From the NCBI GenBank assembly GCA_035759745.1, contig DASTUF010000044.1, positions 6,099 to 70,098 on the forward strand: DNA of 64,000 nucleotides. The letters run 5' to 3'. The notes under the pieces are model-generated. The model ran no database searches. It was not told the DNA's origin and saw nothing but the letters and a program-made list of their open reading frames with translations. The position numbers were made by a program, and so were the translations under genes. Within the stretch, counting starts at the first letter, position 1. The number at the start of each line of letters is the position of its first letter. The DNA is from Gemmatimonadales bacterium (GTDB lineage: Bacteria > Gemmatimonadota > Gemmatimonadetes > Gemmatimonadales > GWC2-71-9). This document shows positions 38,829 to 46,588 of the stretch, in pieces.

Positions 38829-40154
38829 ATGGCCCGCCGCAAGTCCGTTCCCGGCATGGCTCCGCGCCGTGCCGCGCTGAAGGCGCTCACCCAGGTGCGC
38901 GACGGCCGGCCATTCGATGCCGCGCTCACCGCGGCGGTGCCCCGTCTCGCCGACCCCGATCGCCGGCTGGTGCACGAACTCGCCGCCGGCGTCCTGCGCC
39001 ACCAGAGCGAACTCGATGCGGTGCTGTCGCCGCTGGTTCCGCGCGGATGGAAGGCGGTCGCACCGGCGCTGCAGGACGTGCTGAGGATTGGTGCGTTTCA
39101 GCTGACCCGGCTCGATCGCGTGCCGGCGCACGCGGCGGTGAGCACCACCGTCGAGCTGGCGCGCGAAGCGTCAGGCGCCCGCGCCAGCGGCTTCGTCAAC
39201 GCCGTGCTGCGCAAGGTGAGCAACGGGCCGGGGCTTTTCGCCGATACCGAGCCGGCACCCATCGATGCCACAAGCGCCGCGGACCTCGCCGCGCGGCACT
39301 CCCATCCCGAGTGGCTGGTGGCCCGCTGGCTGGATCGCTTCGGCGCCGACGACACCGCGCGGCTGCTGGCGTGGAACAACCGGGTGCCGACGTTGGTGCT
39401 GCAGCCGGCCCGGCAGGATGTCGAAGCGCTGGAGCAGCGCTGGCGCGAGGCCGGAGTGAAAGTGTCGCCGGCGCCTTTCGGGGCCGGGCTGGTCACCGAT
39501 CGCAGCCGGCCCGATGAGCTGCCCGGCTTCGTCGAAGGCGCGTTCTACGTGCAGGACCCCGCCCAGGCGCTCGTGGCCTGGTTTGCCGACTTCACGCCCG
39601 GTACGACGGTGCTCGATCTCTGCGCGGCGCCCGGCGGCAAGGCGCTGGCGCTGGGACGGAGCGCGGGGATGCTGGCTGCGCTCGAGCGTCACCCGCGCCG
39701 AGCCGAGCGCCTCGCCGATAACCTCAGGCGTGCGGGCAGCGGGCGAGAGCATGCCGTCATCGGCGACGCCCTTGCTGCGCCCTTCCGCGCCCAGGATGCG
39801 GTCCTGCTGGATGCACCCTGCCTTGGGACCGGCACCTTCGCCCGCCACCCCGACGCGCGCTGGCGCGTGTCCGAGGAAGCCCTGAAGGAGCTGGCAGCTC
39901 GGCAGGCACAGCTGCTCGACGCCGCCGCCGAGCTCGTGTCCCCCGGAGGGTTGTTAGTTTACGCCACGTGCTCCCTCGAACCGGAAGAGAATCAGGCCCA
40001 GGTGGCCGCGTTCCTGAAGCGGCATGGCGCCTTCCGTCGCGAACCGTCGGATGTGCCACCGACGCTGCTCAGTCCGGATGGCGACCTGGTGCTCCTGCCC
40101 CAGCGGCATGGCACCGACGGCGGGTTTGCCGCCCGGCTCCGCCGCCAGGGCTGA
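38829..40154 (+). CDS. rsmB: 16S rRNA (cytosine967-C5)-methyltransferase
   Basis: Trimmed to ATG 38829. NusB-like N-terminus, DLCAAPGGK SAM motif, DAPCLGTG and YATCSLEPEEN catalytic motifs. Confidence 0.85.
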   Translation: MARRKSVPGMAPRRAALKALTQVRDGRPFDAALTAAVPRLADPDRRLVHELAAGVLRHQSELDAVLSPLVPRGWKAVAPALQDVLRIGAFQLTRLDRVPAHAAVSTTVELAREASGARASGFVNAVLRKVSNGPGLFADTEPAPIDATSAADLAARHSHPEWLVARWLDRFGADDTARLLAWNNRVPTLVLQPARQDVEALEQRWREAGVKVSPAPFGAGLVTDRSRPDELPGFVEGAFYVQDPAQALVAWFADFTPGTTVLDLCAAPGGKALALGRSAGMLAALERHPRRAERLADNLRRAGSGREHAVIGDALAAPFRAQDAVLLDAPCLGTGTFARHPDARWRVSEEALKELAARQAQLLDAAAELVSPGGLLVYATCSLEPEENQAQVAAFLKRHGAFRREPSDVPPTLLSPDGDLVLLPQRHGTDGGFAARLRRQG

Positions 40155-40161
40155 GGCTGCA

Positions 40162-40836
40162 ATGAAATTCCGCCGACACGGCAAACCCGTGCGCGACGAT
40201 GCGGAAGGGGCGCACGTGAGCGCGCCCGATCAGGTGGGTGCGCCCGAGCCAGAGCGCCGCGGCATCGCGCGCCGTGGGGTTGCCCTCGCAAACGCCCCGG
40301 CCGCCGAGTCGCCGAGCCGCCGAGCCGCCCGCCCGCTTCGCGACATCTTCATCATCGTCCTCATCGGCCTGGTCGGATTCCTGGTCGCGTGGATGGTCCT
40401 CGCTCCGGTCTCGATCTGGCAGGACGAGGGTACCGTTCCGCGGGTGGTCGGCATGGGACTGACCGAGGCGCGCACCGAACTGACGACCCAGGGATACCGG
40501 GTGACTGTCGCCGATGGCGACGCGCACATCAGCGCGCCTCGGGGCGAGGTGTACTGGCAGGACCCGCCGCCAGGAACCACGGCTCCACCCGGCACCAGCG
40601 TCACGATCACGGCCAGCACCGGCCTGCTGCAGGTGCCGACCCCTGACGTCGTGGGTCTCGACCAGGTACAGGCCGAGCGGGTGATCATCGCCAGCGGGCT
40701 GAAGGTCGGGGCACGCGACTCGGTAACCGACCGGACCGAAGTCGGTGGAGTGGTACTTGGCACCCGGCCCTCCGCCGGCATGGCGCGGTCGGTGGGTGCC
40801 AGTGTGGACCTGATAGTCAACGGAGCGGCCCGGTGA
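40162..40836 (+). CDS. PASTA-domain membrane protein without kinase or PBP domain
   Basis: Trimmed to ATG 40162. About 60 aa of cytoplasmic tail, a TM helix (IFIIVLIGLVGFLVAWMVLAP), then two PASTA-like repeats (VPRVVGMGLTEARTEL...; TPDVVGLDQVQAERVI...). The tail contains the octamer array 40303-40329. Confidence 0.7.
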   Translation: MKFRRHGKPVRDDAEGAHVSAPDQVGAPEPERRGIARRGVALANAPAAESPSRRAARPLRDIFIIVLIGLVGFLVAWMVLAPVSIWQDEGTVPRVVGMGLTEARTELTTQGYRVTVADGDAHISAPRGEVYWQDPPPGTTAPPGTSVTITASTGLLQVPTPDVVGLDQVQAERVIIASGLKVGARDSVTDRTEVGGVVLGTRPSAGMARSVGASVDLIVNGAAR

Positions 40837-41498
40837 GCATTCGCATTGCGCCCAGCATCCTCAGCACCGATCTCGGCCGCCTGCGCGAGCAGGTCGAGGC
40901 TGCGCAGGCCGGCGGCGCCGACTGGCTGCACGTGGACGTCATGGATGGCCACTTCGTGCCCAACCTGACGTTCGGCTCGCCGTTGATCCGCGCATTGCGC
41001 CGGATCTCCGACCTGCCCATCGATGTGCACCTGATGGTCGAACGGCCCGAGCACTACATCGAGGAGTACGCCACGCTCGGCGTGTCCGTGTTCACCTTCC
41101 ATCCCGAGGCCACGGTGCACCTGCAGCGGCACCTCGCCCGGGTGCGGGAGCTGGGCATGCTCGCGGGGCTCGCGCTCAATCCCGGCACGCCGGTGGCGCA
41201 TCTCGAGGAAGTCGTGGACGATGTGGGCCTGGTGCTGGTGATGTCGGTCAATCCCGGCTTCGGCGGCCAGCGCTACCTGCCCGCGGCCACCGAGAAGATC
41301 GCGCGGGTGCGCCGGCTGCTGGACGCCCGCAAGTCGTCCGCGGCGCTGGAAGTGGATGGAGGCATCACGGTAGCAACCATCGGCGAAGCCTATGCCGCCG
41401 GCGCCGACACGTTCGTGGCAGGCACTGCAGTCTTTGGAGAACCCGATGTGGCCGGCGCGGTACAGGCGCTCCGGGCCGCGTGCAGCGTGCGAGTGTGA
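40833..41498 (+). CDS. rpe: ribulose-phosphate 3-epimerase
   Basis: IAPSILSTDLGRL...HVDVMDGHFVPNLTFG...MSVNPGFGGQ. Confidence 0.9.
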   Translation: MSIRIAPSILSTDLGRLREQVEAAQAGGADWLHVDVMDGHFVPNLTFGSPLIRALRRISDLPIDVHLMVERPEHYIEEYATLGVSVFTFHPEATVHLQRHLARVRELGMLAGLALNPGTPVAHLEEVVDDVGLVLVMSVNPGFGGQRYLPAATEKIARVRRLLDARKSSAALEVDGGITVATIGEAYAAGADTFVAGTAVFGEPDVAGAVQALRAACSVRV

Positions 41499-42082
41499 TG
41501 ATGAGTCAGAACCGGAAACAGTGGGTCGTGGTGGCACTGGTGGTAGGTGGCCTGGCGCTGGGTGCGTGGGCCCTCTCGCGCTTCGGTGGCCCCGATGAGC
41601 GCGTGGCGGTGGGCGGGAGGGCGCCGGACTTCAAGCTGGTCGACCTCGCCACCGGCGACTCGGTCGACTTGCGCGACCAGTACAAGGGCAAGGTGACCCT
41701 GGTCAACATCTGGGCCACCTGGTGCATTCCCTGCCGCCAGGAAATGCCCGCGATGCAGAAGGCGTGGATCCGGCTCAAGGACTTCGGCTTCGCCATCGCC
41801 GCAGTAAGCATCGACGAAGGCTCGGCCGAACCGGTCACCCGCTTTGCCCAGGAACTGGGCCTCACGTTCGATATCCTGCACGACCGGAGCGGCCGGATCC
41901 AGCAGGTGTACCAGACCGCCGGCGTGCCGGAGAGTTTCCTGCTCGACGAGGATGGTGTCATCCTCAAGCGGGTGATCGGCGCCCACGACTGGAACTCTCC
42001 CGCCAACATCGCGCTGATCGAGCGCTCCCTGGGCATCGAGCCATCGGACACGGTCACCGTGAGCCCCGAGGAGCTGAACTGA
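41498..42082 (+). CDS. TlpA/ResA-like thiol-disulfide oxidoreductase (thioredoxin fold)
   Basis: N-terminal TM anchor and NIWATWCIPCRQEMP (WCxxC). Confidence 0.8.
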   Translation: MMSQNRKQWVVVALVVGGLALGAWALSRFGGPDERVAVGGRAPDFKLVDLATGDSVDLRDQYKGKVTLVNIWATWCIPCRQEMPAMQKAWIRLKDFGFAIAAVSIDEGSAEPVTRFAQELGLTFDILHDRSGRIQQVYQTAGVPESFLLDEDGVILKRVIGAHDWNSPANIALIERSLGIEPSDTVTVSPEELN

Positions 42083-43128
42083 TCCGCCGGATCCTCGGTC
42101 TCGAGACCTCGTGCGACGAAACGTCGGCGGCGGTGGTCATGTGGGAGGACAGCGGGCCCCGGATCGAGTCGCTGGTCATCCTCTCGCAGGACATCCACCG
42201 GATCTTCGGCGGAGTGGTGCCAGAGCTGGCCAGCCGCGCGCACGTTGAAGCCATCGGGCCGGTGGTGGCGCAGGCGCTCGGCGATGCCGGCGTCAAGCTC
42301 GACCAGATCGATGGCGTGGCGGTGACGCAGGGGCCGGGGCTGGTCGGGGCACTGCTGGTGGGCGTGATGTACGCCAAGACGCTGGCCTTCAGCCGGCAGC
42401 TTCCGCTTATCGGGGTGAACCACCTCGAGGGGCATCTCTTCGCGCCGATGCTGGAGGCCCCGCTCGAGCCGCCCTTTACCGCCCTGCTGGTATCCGGCGG
42501 CCATACCATGCTGCTGGATGTTCCGCGCTGGGGCTCGTACAACTGGCTGGGTGGCACCCTCGACGACGCCGCCGGTGAGGCGTTCGACAAGGTGGCCAAG
42601 ATCCTGGGGCTGGGCTATCCGGGAGGCGCCGCCATCGAGGCCCTGGCCAGGTCCGGCCGCCCCGGCGCTATCACCCTGCCCCGCCCACTGCTGGGCGCCG
42701 GACCCGACGATCCCAACCGGTTCAACTTCTCGTTCAGCGGGCTCAAGACCGCGGCGCTGCGCGCGCTGGAGACCGCCGATCGCGCCACCTTCCGGCCGGC
42801 CGACCTCGCGCTCGCCTTCCAGGATGCGGCAGTGGAAGTGCTGGTGGCCAAGACGGCCGCCGCAGCCGAGACGCTGCATCGTGAACGGGTGGTCGTGGGC
42901 GGCGGCGTCGCCTGCAACCAGGCGCTGGTCACCGCCCTGCGGGCGCGACTGGCGGGGCGCGCCGAATTGCACGTAGCTTCACCTCGCCTCAACACCGACA
43001 ATGCCGCCATGATCGCCGCCGCCGGCGGCTGGCGACTCCGCCGGGGTGATCGCAGCCGGCTCGACCTCGAGGCACGCGACCATCTGCCCCTACCCGGGTT
43101 CCACGCTCCGGAGGCTGTGACCGCATGA
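42079..43128 (+). CDS. tsaD: tRNA N6-adenosine threonylcarbamoyltransferase
   Basis: ILGLETSCDETSAAVV, HLEGHL, GVACN. There is no in-frame ATG/GTG/TTG near the conserved N-terminus. I place the start at CTG 42079 or ATC 42082, 5-8 nt after GAGGAG. Confidence 0.8.
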   Translation: MIRRILGLETSCDETSAAVVMWEDSGPRIESLVILSQDIHRIFGGVVPELASRAHVEAIGPVVAQALGDAGVKLDQIDGVAVTQGPGLVGALLVGVMYAKTLAFSRQLPLIGVNHLEGHLFAPMLEAPLEPPFTALLVSGGHTMLLDVPRWGSYNWLGGTLDDAAGEAFDKVAKILGLGYPGGAAIEALARSGRPGAITLPRPLLGAGPDDPNRFNFSFSGLKTAALRALETADRATFRPADLALAFQDAAVEVLVAKTAAAAETLHRERVVVGGGVACNQALVTALRARLAGRAELHVASPRLNTDNAAMIAAAGGWRLRRGDRSRLDLEARDHLPLPGFHAPEAVTA

Positions 43129-43955
43129 ACGTCTATCCGTTCATCATCAACCTGGGCCCGCTCGAGATCACCGGCTATGGCATCATGATGATGCTGGGCT
43201 TCCTGATGGGAGGCTGGCTCATCACCCTCGAGCTGCGGCGGCGGCAGCTGCGCGAGGAGTACAGCGCCGACATAGTGGTCGCCGCCGTGATCGGTGGTGT
43301 AATCGGGGCCAAGCTCTGGTACGTGGTGCTCACTCAGGATCCCGGCGCCATCTTCTCGCGCGGCGGGCTGGTCTGGTACGGCGGCTTCATAGGCGCGACA
43401 GTGGCGGTACTGCTGAATGGCTGGCGCCGGCGGGTCCCGGCCCGCTGGACCATGCAGATCACTGCTCCCGCTCTCGCGGCGGCCTACGCCCTGGGCCGGA
43501 TCGGCTGCTTCCTCATCAACGACGACTACGGCCGGCCCACTGACCTGCCGTGGGGCGTCAAGTTCCCCCAGGGCTACCCGCCCTCGACGGTCTCGAACCT
43601 GAACCACGTCGGCATCAGCACGCCGCCAGGGCTGGATCCGACTACTGTCCTCGCGGTGCACCCGACCCAGCTCTACGAGGCGGCGATCATGCTCGGCGTG
43701 TTCGCGCTGCTCTGGACCTGGCGCCGGAAACCCTGGGGTACGGGCTGGCTCTTCGGGGCCTACCTGGTCTTTGCCGGGATCGAGCGCTTCCTGATCGAGA
43801 TTCTGCGTGCCAAGGACGACCGGTTCCTGGGGCCGTTCACCATCGCGCAGCTCACCAGCGTACTACTGGTCATTATCGGCGCAGTGCTGATAGCGAAGTG
43901 GAAGCCGACGCCTGAGTTGGCGCCGGGACCGTTTCTTTCTTCCACGGAACGGTAA
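43125..43955 (+). CDS. lgt: prolipoprotein diacylglyceryl transferase
   Basis: GPLEITGYGIMMMLGF, GGLVWYGG, GRIGCFLINDDYGRPTDLPWGV, HPTQLYE. Confidence 0.9.
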   Translation: MNVYPFIINLGPLEITGYGIMMMLGFLMGGWLITLELRRRQLREEYSADIVVAAVIGGVIGAKLWYVVLTQDPGAIFSRGGLVWYGGFIGATVAVLLNGWRRRVPARWTMQITAPALAAAYALGRIGCFLINDDYGRPTDLPWGVKFPQGYPPSTVSNLNHVGISTPPGLDPTTVLAVHPTQLYEAAIMLGVFALLWTWRRKPWGTGWLFGAYLVFAGIERFLIEILRAKDDRFLGPFTIAQLTSVLLVIIGAVLIAKWKPTPELAPGPFLSSTER

Positions 43956-43980
43956 CAGAACGACGACGCTGTCGAGCTTT

Positions 43981-43995
43981 TTGACGATGAGTCAA
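43981..43995. promoter_or_regulatory. perfect dyad TTGAC-N5-GTCAA; candidate enhancer (UAS) for the sigma-54 promoter
   Basis: ttgacgatgagtcaa. The centre lies about 140 bp upstream of the -24 element at 44126. A/T tracts and an IHF-like AATCGAcgaaTTA (44033-44045) lie between. Confidence 0.3.
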
Positions 43996-44125
43996 GTGAT
44001 TGCGAATTAAAAGGTTGGCGACTCGGAGTGAAAATCGACGAATTACTAGACAGTTTTTCGGAAAGTTCTCGTTTTTTCGCGGCTCCCAACTGATGCATTT
44101 TCAAGGGGTTGACAGAATCGCCAAA

Positions 44126-44141
44126 TGGCACGATCGTTGCC
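44126..44141 (+). promoter_or_regulatory. sigma-54 (-24/-12) promoter
   Basis: TGGCACGatcgTTGCc versus the consensus TGGCACG-N4-TTGCW. It is the only such pair I found on either strand of the window. Confidence 0.6.
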
Positions 44142-44150
44142 CTTAGAGAG

Positions 44151-44296
44151 ATCAACGGGGTGCCGCATCACCCCACGAGGAAAGTGGTAGGTCGAAGAAG
44201 GGTGGAGCAGGCAAATCCGTCTGTCTCCGTTAAACTCAGGGGGCGATCTACCACTCCCCATAGAAGACGGCCCGCGCAAGCGGGCCGTTTTCTTTT
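44151..44296 (+). ncRNA. candidate sigma-54-dependent small RNA (~146 nt), family unknown
   Basis: The predicted start lies ~11 nt after the -12 GC. 5' hairpin GGGGTG/CACCCC (44157-44174), long-range helix AGTGGTAG/CTACCACT (44183-44190 / 44248-44255), and an intrinsic terminator at the 3' end. No ATG in the transcript and no downstream plus-strand gene. Confidence 0.4.
44267..44296 (+). terminator. intrinsic terminator
   Basis: ACGGCCCGC-GCAA-GCGGGCCGT followed by TTTTCTTTT. Confidence 0.8.
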
Positions 44297-44323
44297 GCGG
44301 TAAGCCAGTCGCAAGGCACCACA

Positions 44324-44360
44324 GCCGCCGAGCCGTCTAGCCGTCCAGCCGTCTATCCGC
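44324..44360. repeat. octamer array CCGNCNAG (gccgccgag ccgtctag ccgtccag ccgtctat)
   Basis: Period-8 tandem units. The array contains the stop codon and the last codons of the cyt c/FTR1 gene. Confidence 0.75.
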
Positions 44361-46454
44361 CTCCGCCTTCTCCCCGATGGCGTCCCGCATCCGCTCGACC
44401 TCGGACTTGATCTCCGCAATATCGGTCTCGATCCGCTCGAGCGAGCGGATCAGGTCGCGCGAGGAACTCGGCTCCGCCGGCTGCCGCCCCGCCGGCCGCG
44501 GCGCCTCGGTCGCACCCGGCGCGATCTGCGATGTGACCTTGAGCCGCCGAGGCTCGATCAGGAACACCCACGCCAGCGCAAAGAGCGCCAGCAGCACCAG
44601 CACGCCCTGGGCGAGCATGGTCTCCATGGTCGGATATATCCCCAGTGCCGGCGCCCTCGGCGCCCAGCCCACGAAGGTCGTCCCCACCACCCGCCCCGCC
44701 TGCAGCTCGGCCACGCCCTTGCCGGCGAACACGAAGGCCATGAAGTAGAGGAAGATGCTCGTCACCGCGAAGAACGGCCGCAGCGGCAGCCGCACGCCGA
44801 AGCGGTTGATCGCGAAGTACACCACTCCCAGCAGTATCGCGCCCACCACCATGCCGAGGATGATCGGCGGGAGCGCTGCCGAGCCGCCCGATACCACCAG
44901 CGCCTTGTAGAACAGGATGGTCTCGAAGCCCTCGCGATAGACCGCCAGGAATGCGGCCGATGCCAGCGCGAAGGTCGATCCGGTGGTCACCGCCGAGTGC
45001 ACCCGGCTCTTCACGAAGGCGGTCCACTTCACGACCTCCATCTTCGAAAGCAGCCAGTAGCTGACGTAGAACAGGACCGCCACCGCCACCAGCATGGTGA
45101 CGCCTTCCAGCGTCTCCTGGTGCCGGGGCGACAGGTGGAACACGGACTCGATCAGCACTGCGGTCAGCGCGCTCGCCGCCAGCGCCAGGATGACGCCTAT
45201 GTGGATGTCGCGGCGGCGCTCACCGGCACCAGTCTTCACCAGGAAGGTCAGCAGCGCGCCGACCACCAGGATCGCCTCCACGCCCTCGCGCAGCAGCAGC
45301 ACCATCGACTGGACGAACATTCCCACCGTTGATGGGCGATCGGCGAAGGTCCGCTCGGCCCGCTCCAGCCCGCTCATCAGCGAGGCCTCGACCTCCACGA
45401 GAGAGGCTTCGCCGTCACCCGCGCGGGCGCGAAGCTCCCCGAAGCCCGCTTCGAGGTCGGCGGCGAGCCCGGCATTGCGGAGCCGGAGGGTGCGCTCCAC
45501 CTGCTCGAACGCGATGTACGCATCCAGCGCCATCGACTGGGCCGCGTCCTGCTGTCCGGCAGCGGCAAGCGCGATGGTGGAATCGATCCCGCTCCGCACC
45601 TGCGCGAAGACCCGTGCCGCCTGGGCCGCGTCGGGCCCGCCGGTGCCGGCGCTCCGCACCGCCGAGAGCCTCGCGAGCGCAGCGTCACCTTCGCCGCCAA
45701 GACTGGCGAGCAGCGCGATGTCGGAGAGCCTGGCGGTGGTGGAGAAGTTCCGGAGCGAGTCGGGGATTTCTCCCGCCGGCTCCGGCAGCCGCAGCAACGT
45801 GGCGTACACCGCCGCGGCCCAGCGGTCATCAGCGGAGAGCGTGGTCTCGTAGCCGGGCATGGCGGTGCCGGCCACGCCGATGGTGATGCGGCGATAGAAA
45901 TCCTGGGGCGACGCGTCGGCCAGCGCCTCGCGGTCGGAAAGATTGGCCGGCGGCGGGTCGAGACCCGGCGCTGCCGGCCCATCGCCCGCCCCACGGTCGC
46001 CGTGACAGCTCGCGCAGGTGTTGCGGTAAATCTCGGCGCCACGCGCCGCCAATGGCGTGGCGGCCGGGATCTCCTCGAGCGAAATCCCCAGCCGGACCGC
46101 CATGCCGGCCGTGGCCGACCGCGCCAGGGAGGACACGTCAGCCGGGTCGGCGGTTCGCTGGACCAGCAGCAGAAGCGAGTCGATCGATGCTGCGATCTGG
46201 CGGGCTTCATCGGCGGGCAGCCGCACGGTGGCCTTTCGCGCCTCAGAGAGGAAAAGCCGAGCCTCTTCCACCTCGGGGGCCAGGATGATCCGCCCGTTCT
46301 CGACCCCTATGTCGTACTCCTGCGCGGCGAGGAGCACCATCGACGCCACCCGTCGAGCGACGGGGGCGGGATCGGCGGAGAGCGTATCGGTTGCCGGGAC
46401 CGCTGCCTGCGTGGTTACCAGCAGGCCGAGCAGTCCGAGGTGTGTGAGAATCAT
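44337..46454 (-). CDS. cytochrome c / FTR1-family iron permease fusion
   Basis: Signal peptide, CASCH haem-binding motif, then an FTR1 permease with two REGxE motifs (REGVEA, REGFET) and ~7 TM helices. The track start is TTG 46460; I prefer ATG 46454 (MILTHLGLLGLL). Confidence 0.85.
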   Translation of the reverse strand: MILTHLGLLGLLVTTQAAVPATDTLSADPAPVARRVASMVLLAAQEYDIGVENGRIILAPEVEEARLFLSEARKATVRLPADEARQIAASIDSLLLLVQRTADPADVSSLARSATAGMAVRLGISLEEIPAATPLAARGAEIYRNTCASCHGDRGAGDGPAAPGLDPPPANLSDREALADASPQDFYRRITIGVAGTAMPGYETTLSADDRWAAAVYATLLRLPEPAGEIPDSLRNFSTTARLSDIALLASLGGEGDAALARLSAVRSAGTGGPDAAQAARVFAQVRSGIDSTIALAAAGQQDAAQSMALDAYIAFEQVERTLRLRNAGLAADLEAGFGELRARAGDGEASLVEVEASLMSGLERAERTFADRPSTVGMFVQSMVLLLREGVEAILVVGALLTFLVKTGAGERRRDIHIGVILALAASALTAVLIESVFHLSPRHQETLEGVTMLVAVAVLFYVSYWLLSKMEVVKWTAFVKSRVHSAVTTGSTFALASAAFLAVYREGFETILFYKALVVSGGSAALPPIILGMVVGAILLGVVYFAINRFGVRLPLRPFFAVTSIFLYFMAFVFAGKGVAELQAGRVVGTTFVGWAPRAPALGIYPTMETMLAQGVLVLLALFALAWVFLIEPRRLKVTSQIAPGATEAPRPAGRQPAEPSSSRDLIRSLERIETDIAEIKSEVERMRDAIGEKAEADRRLDG

Positions 46455-46459
46455 TCTCA
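46445..46459. promoter_or_regulatory. Fur-family-like 7-1-7 palindrome over the iron-permease start codon
   Basis: TGAGAAT-C-ATTCTCA is a perfect dyad. It differs from the Fur 7-1-7 core TGATAAT-N-ATTATCA at one symmetric position per half-site. Confidence 0.4.
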
Positions 46460-46482
46460 AGTAAGTTTGTGAAAGACTGGAA

Positions 46483-46511
46483 AAACTAGAGGCATTTGGT
46501 CGGAATTACAA
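46483..46511 (-). promoter_or_regulatory. candidate sigma-70-type promoter for the iron permease
   Basis: On the minus strand: TTGTAA-N17-TAGTTT, in an AT-rich stretch ~25 nt upstream of the dyad. Confidence 0.35.
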
Positions 46512-46588
46512 CGCGCAGGCCTGGTTCCGGTTGCCGAATGGCGGCCGCGGCGTAGGATGGGCGAGAGGATCCATGACAAGGAGGCAGC

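Noticed and set aside
44109-44137. Sigma-70 promoter using TTGACA at 44109-44114
   Set aside because: At 17-18 nt spacing the -10 position reads GATCGT/ATCGTT, a poor match. The same DNA is far better explained by the overlapping -24/-12 element.
44151-44296. Identity of the candidate RNA as SRP RNA, 6S RNA, RNase P RNA or tmRNA
   Set aside because: GGTAGGTCGAAGAAGG...GAGCAGGC only loosely resembles the SRP helix-8 motif (GGUCCGGAAGGAAGCAGCC), and the required pairing is absent. GAGGAAAGTGG lacks the rest of the RNase P core and the RNA is far too short. The 5' and 3' ends do not pair as in 6S RNA. There is no tag ORF or tRNA-like end for tmRNA.
44109-44303. The 64-aa plus-strand ORF (TTG start) over the sRNA candidate
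   Set aside because: It starts upstream of the predicted transcription start, is Arg-rich (RKVVGRRRV...HRRRPAQAGRFLLR), has no RBS, and reads straight through the terminator stem and U-tract.
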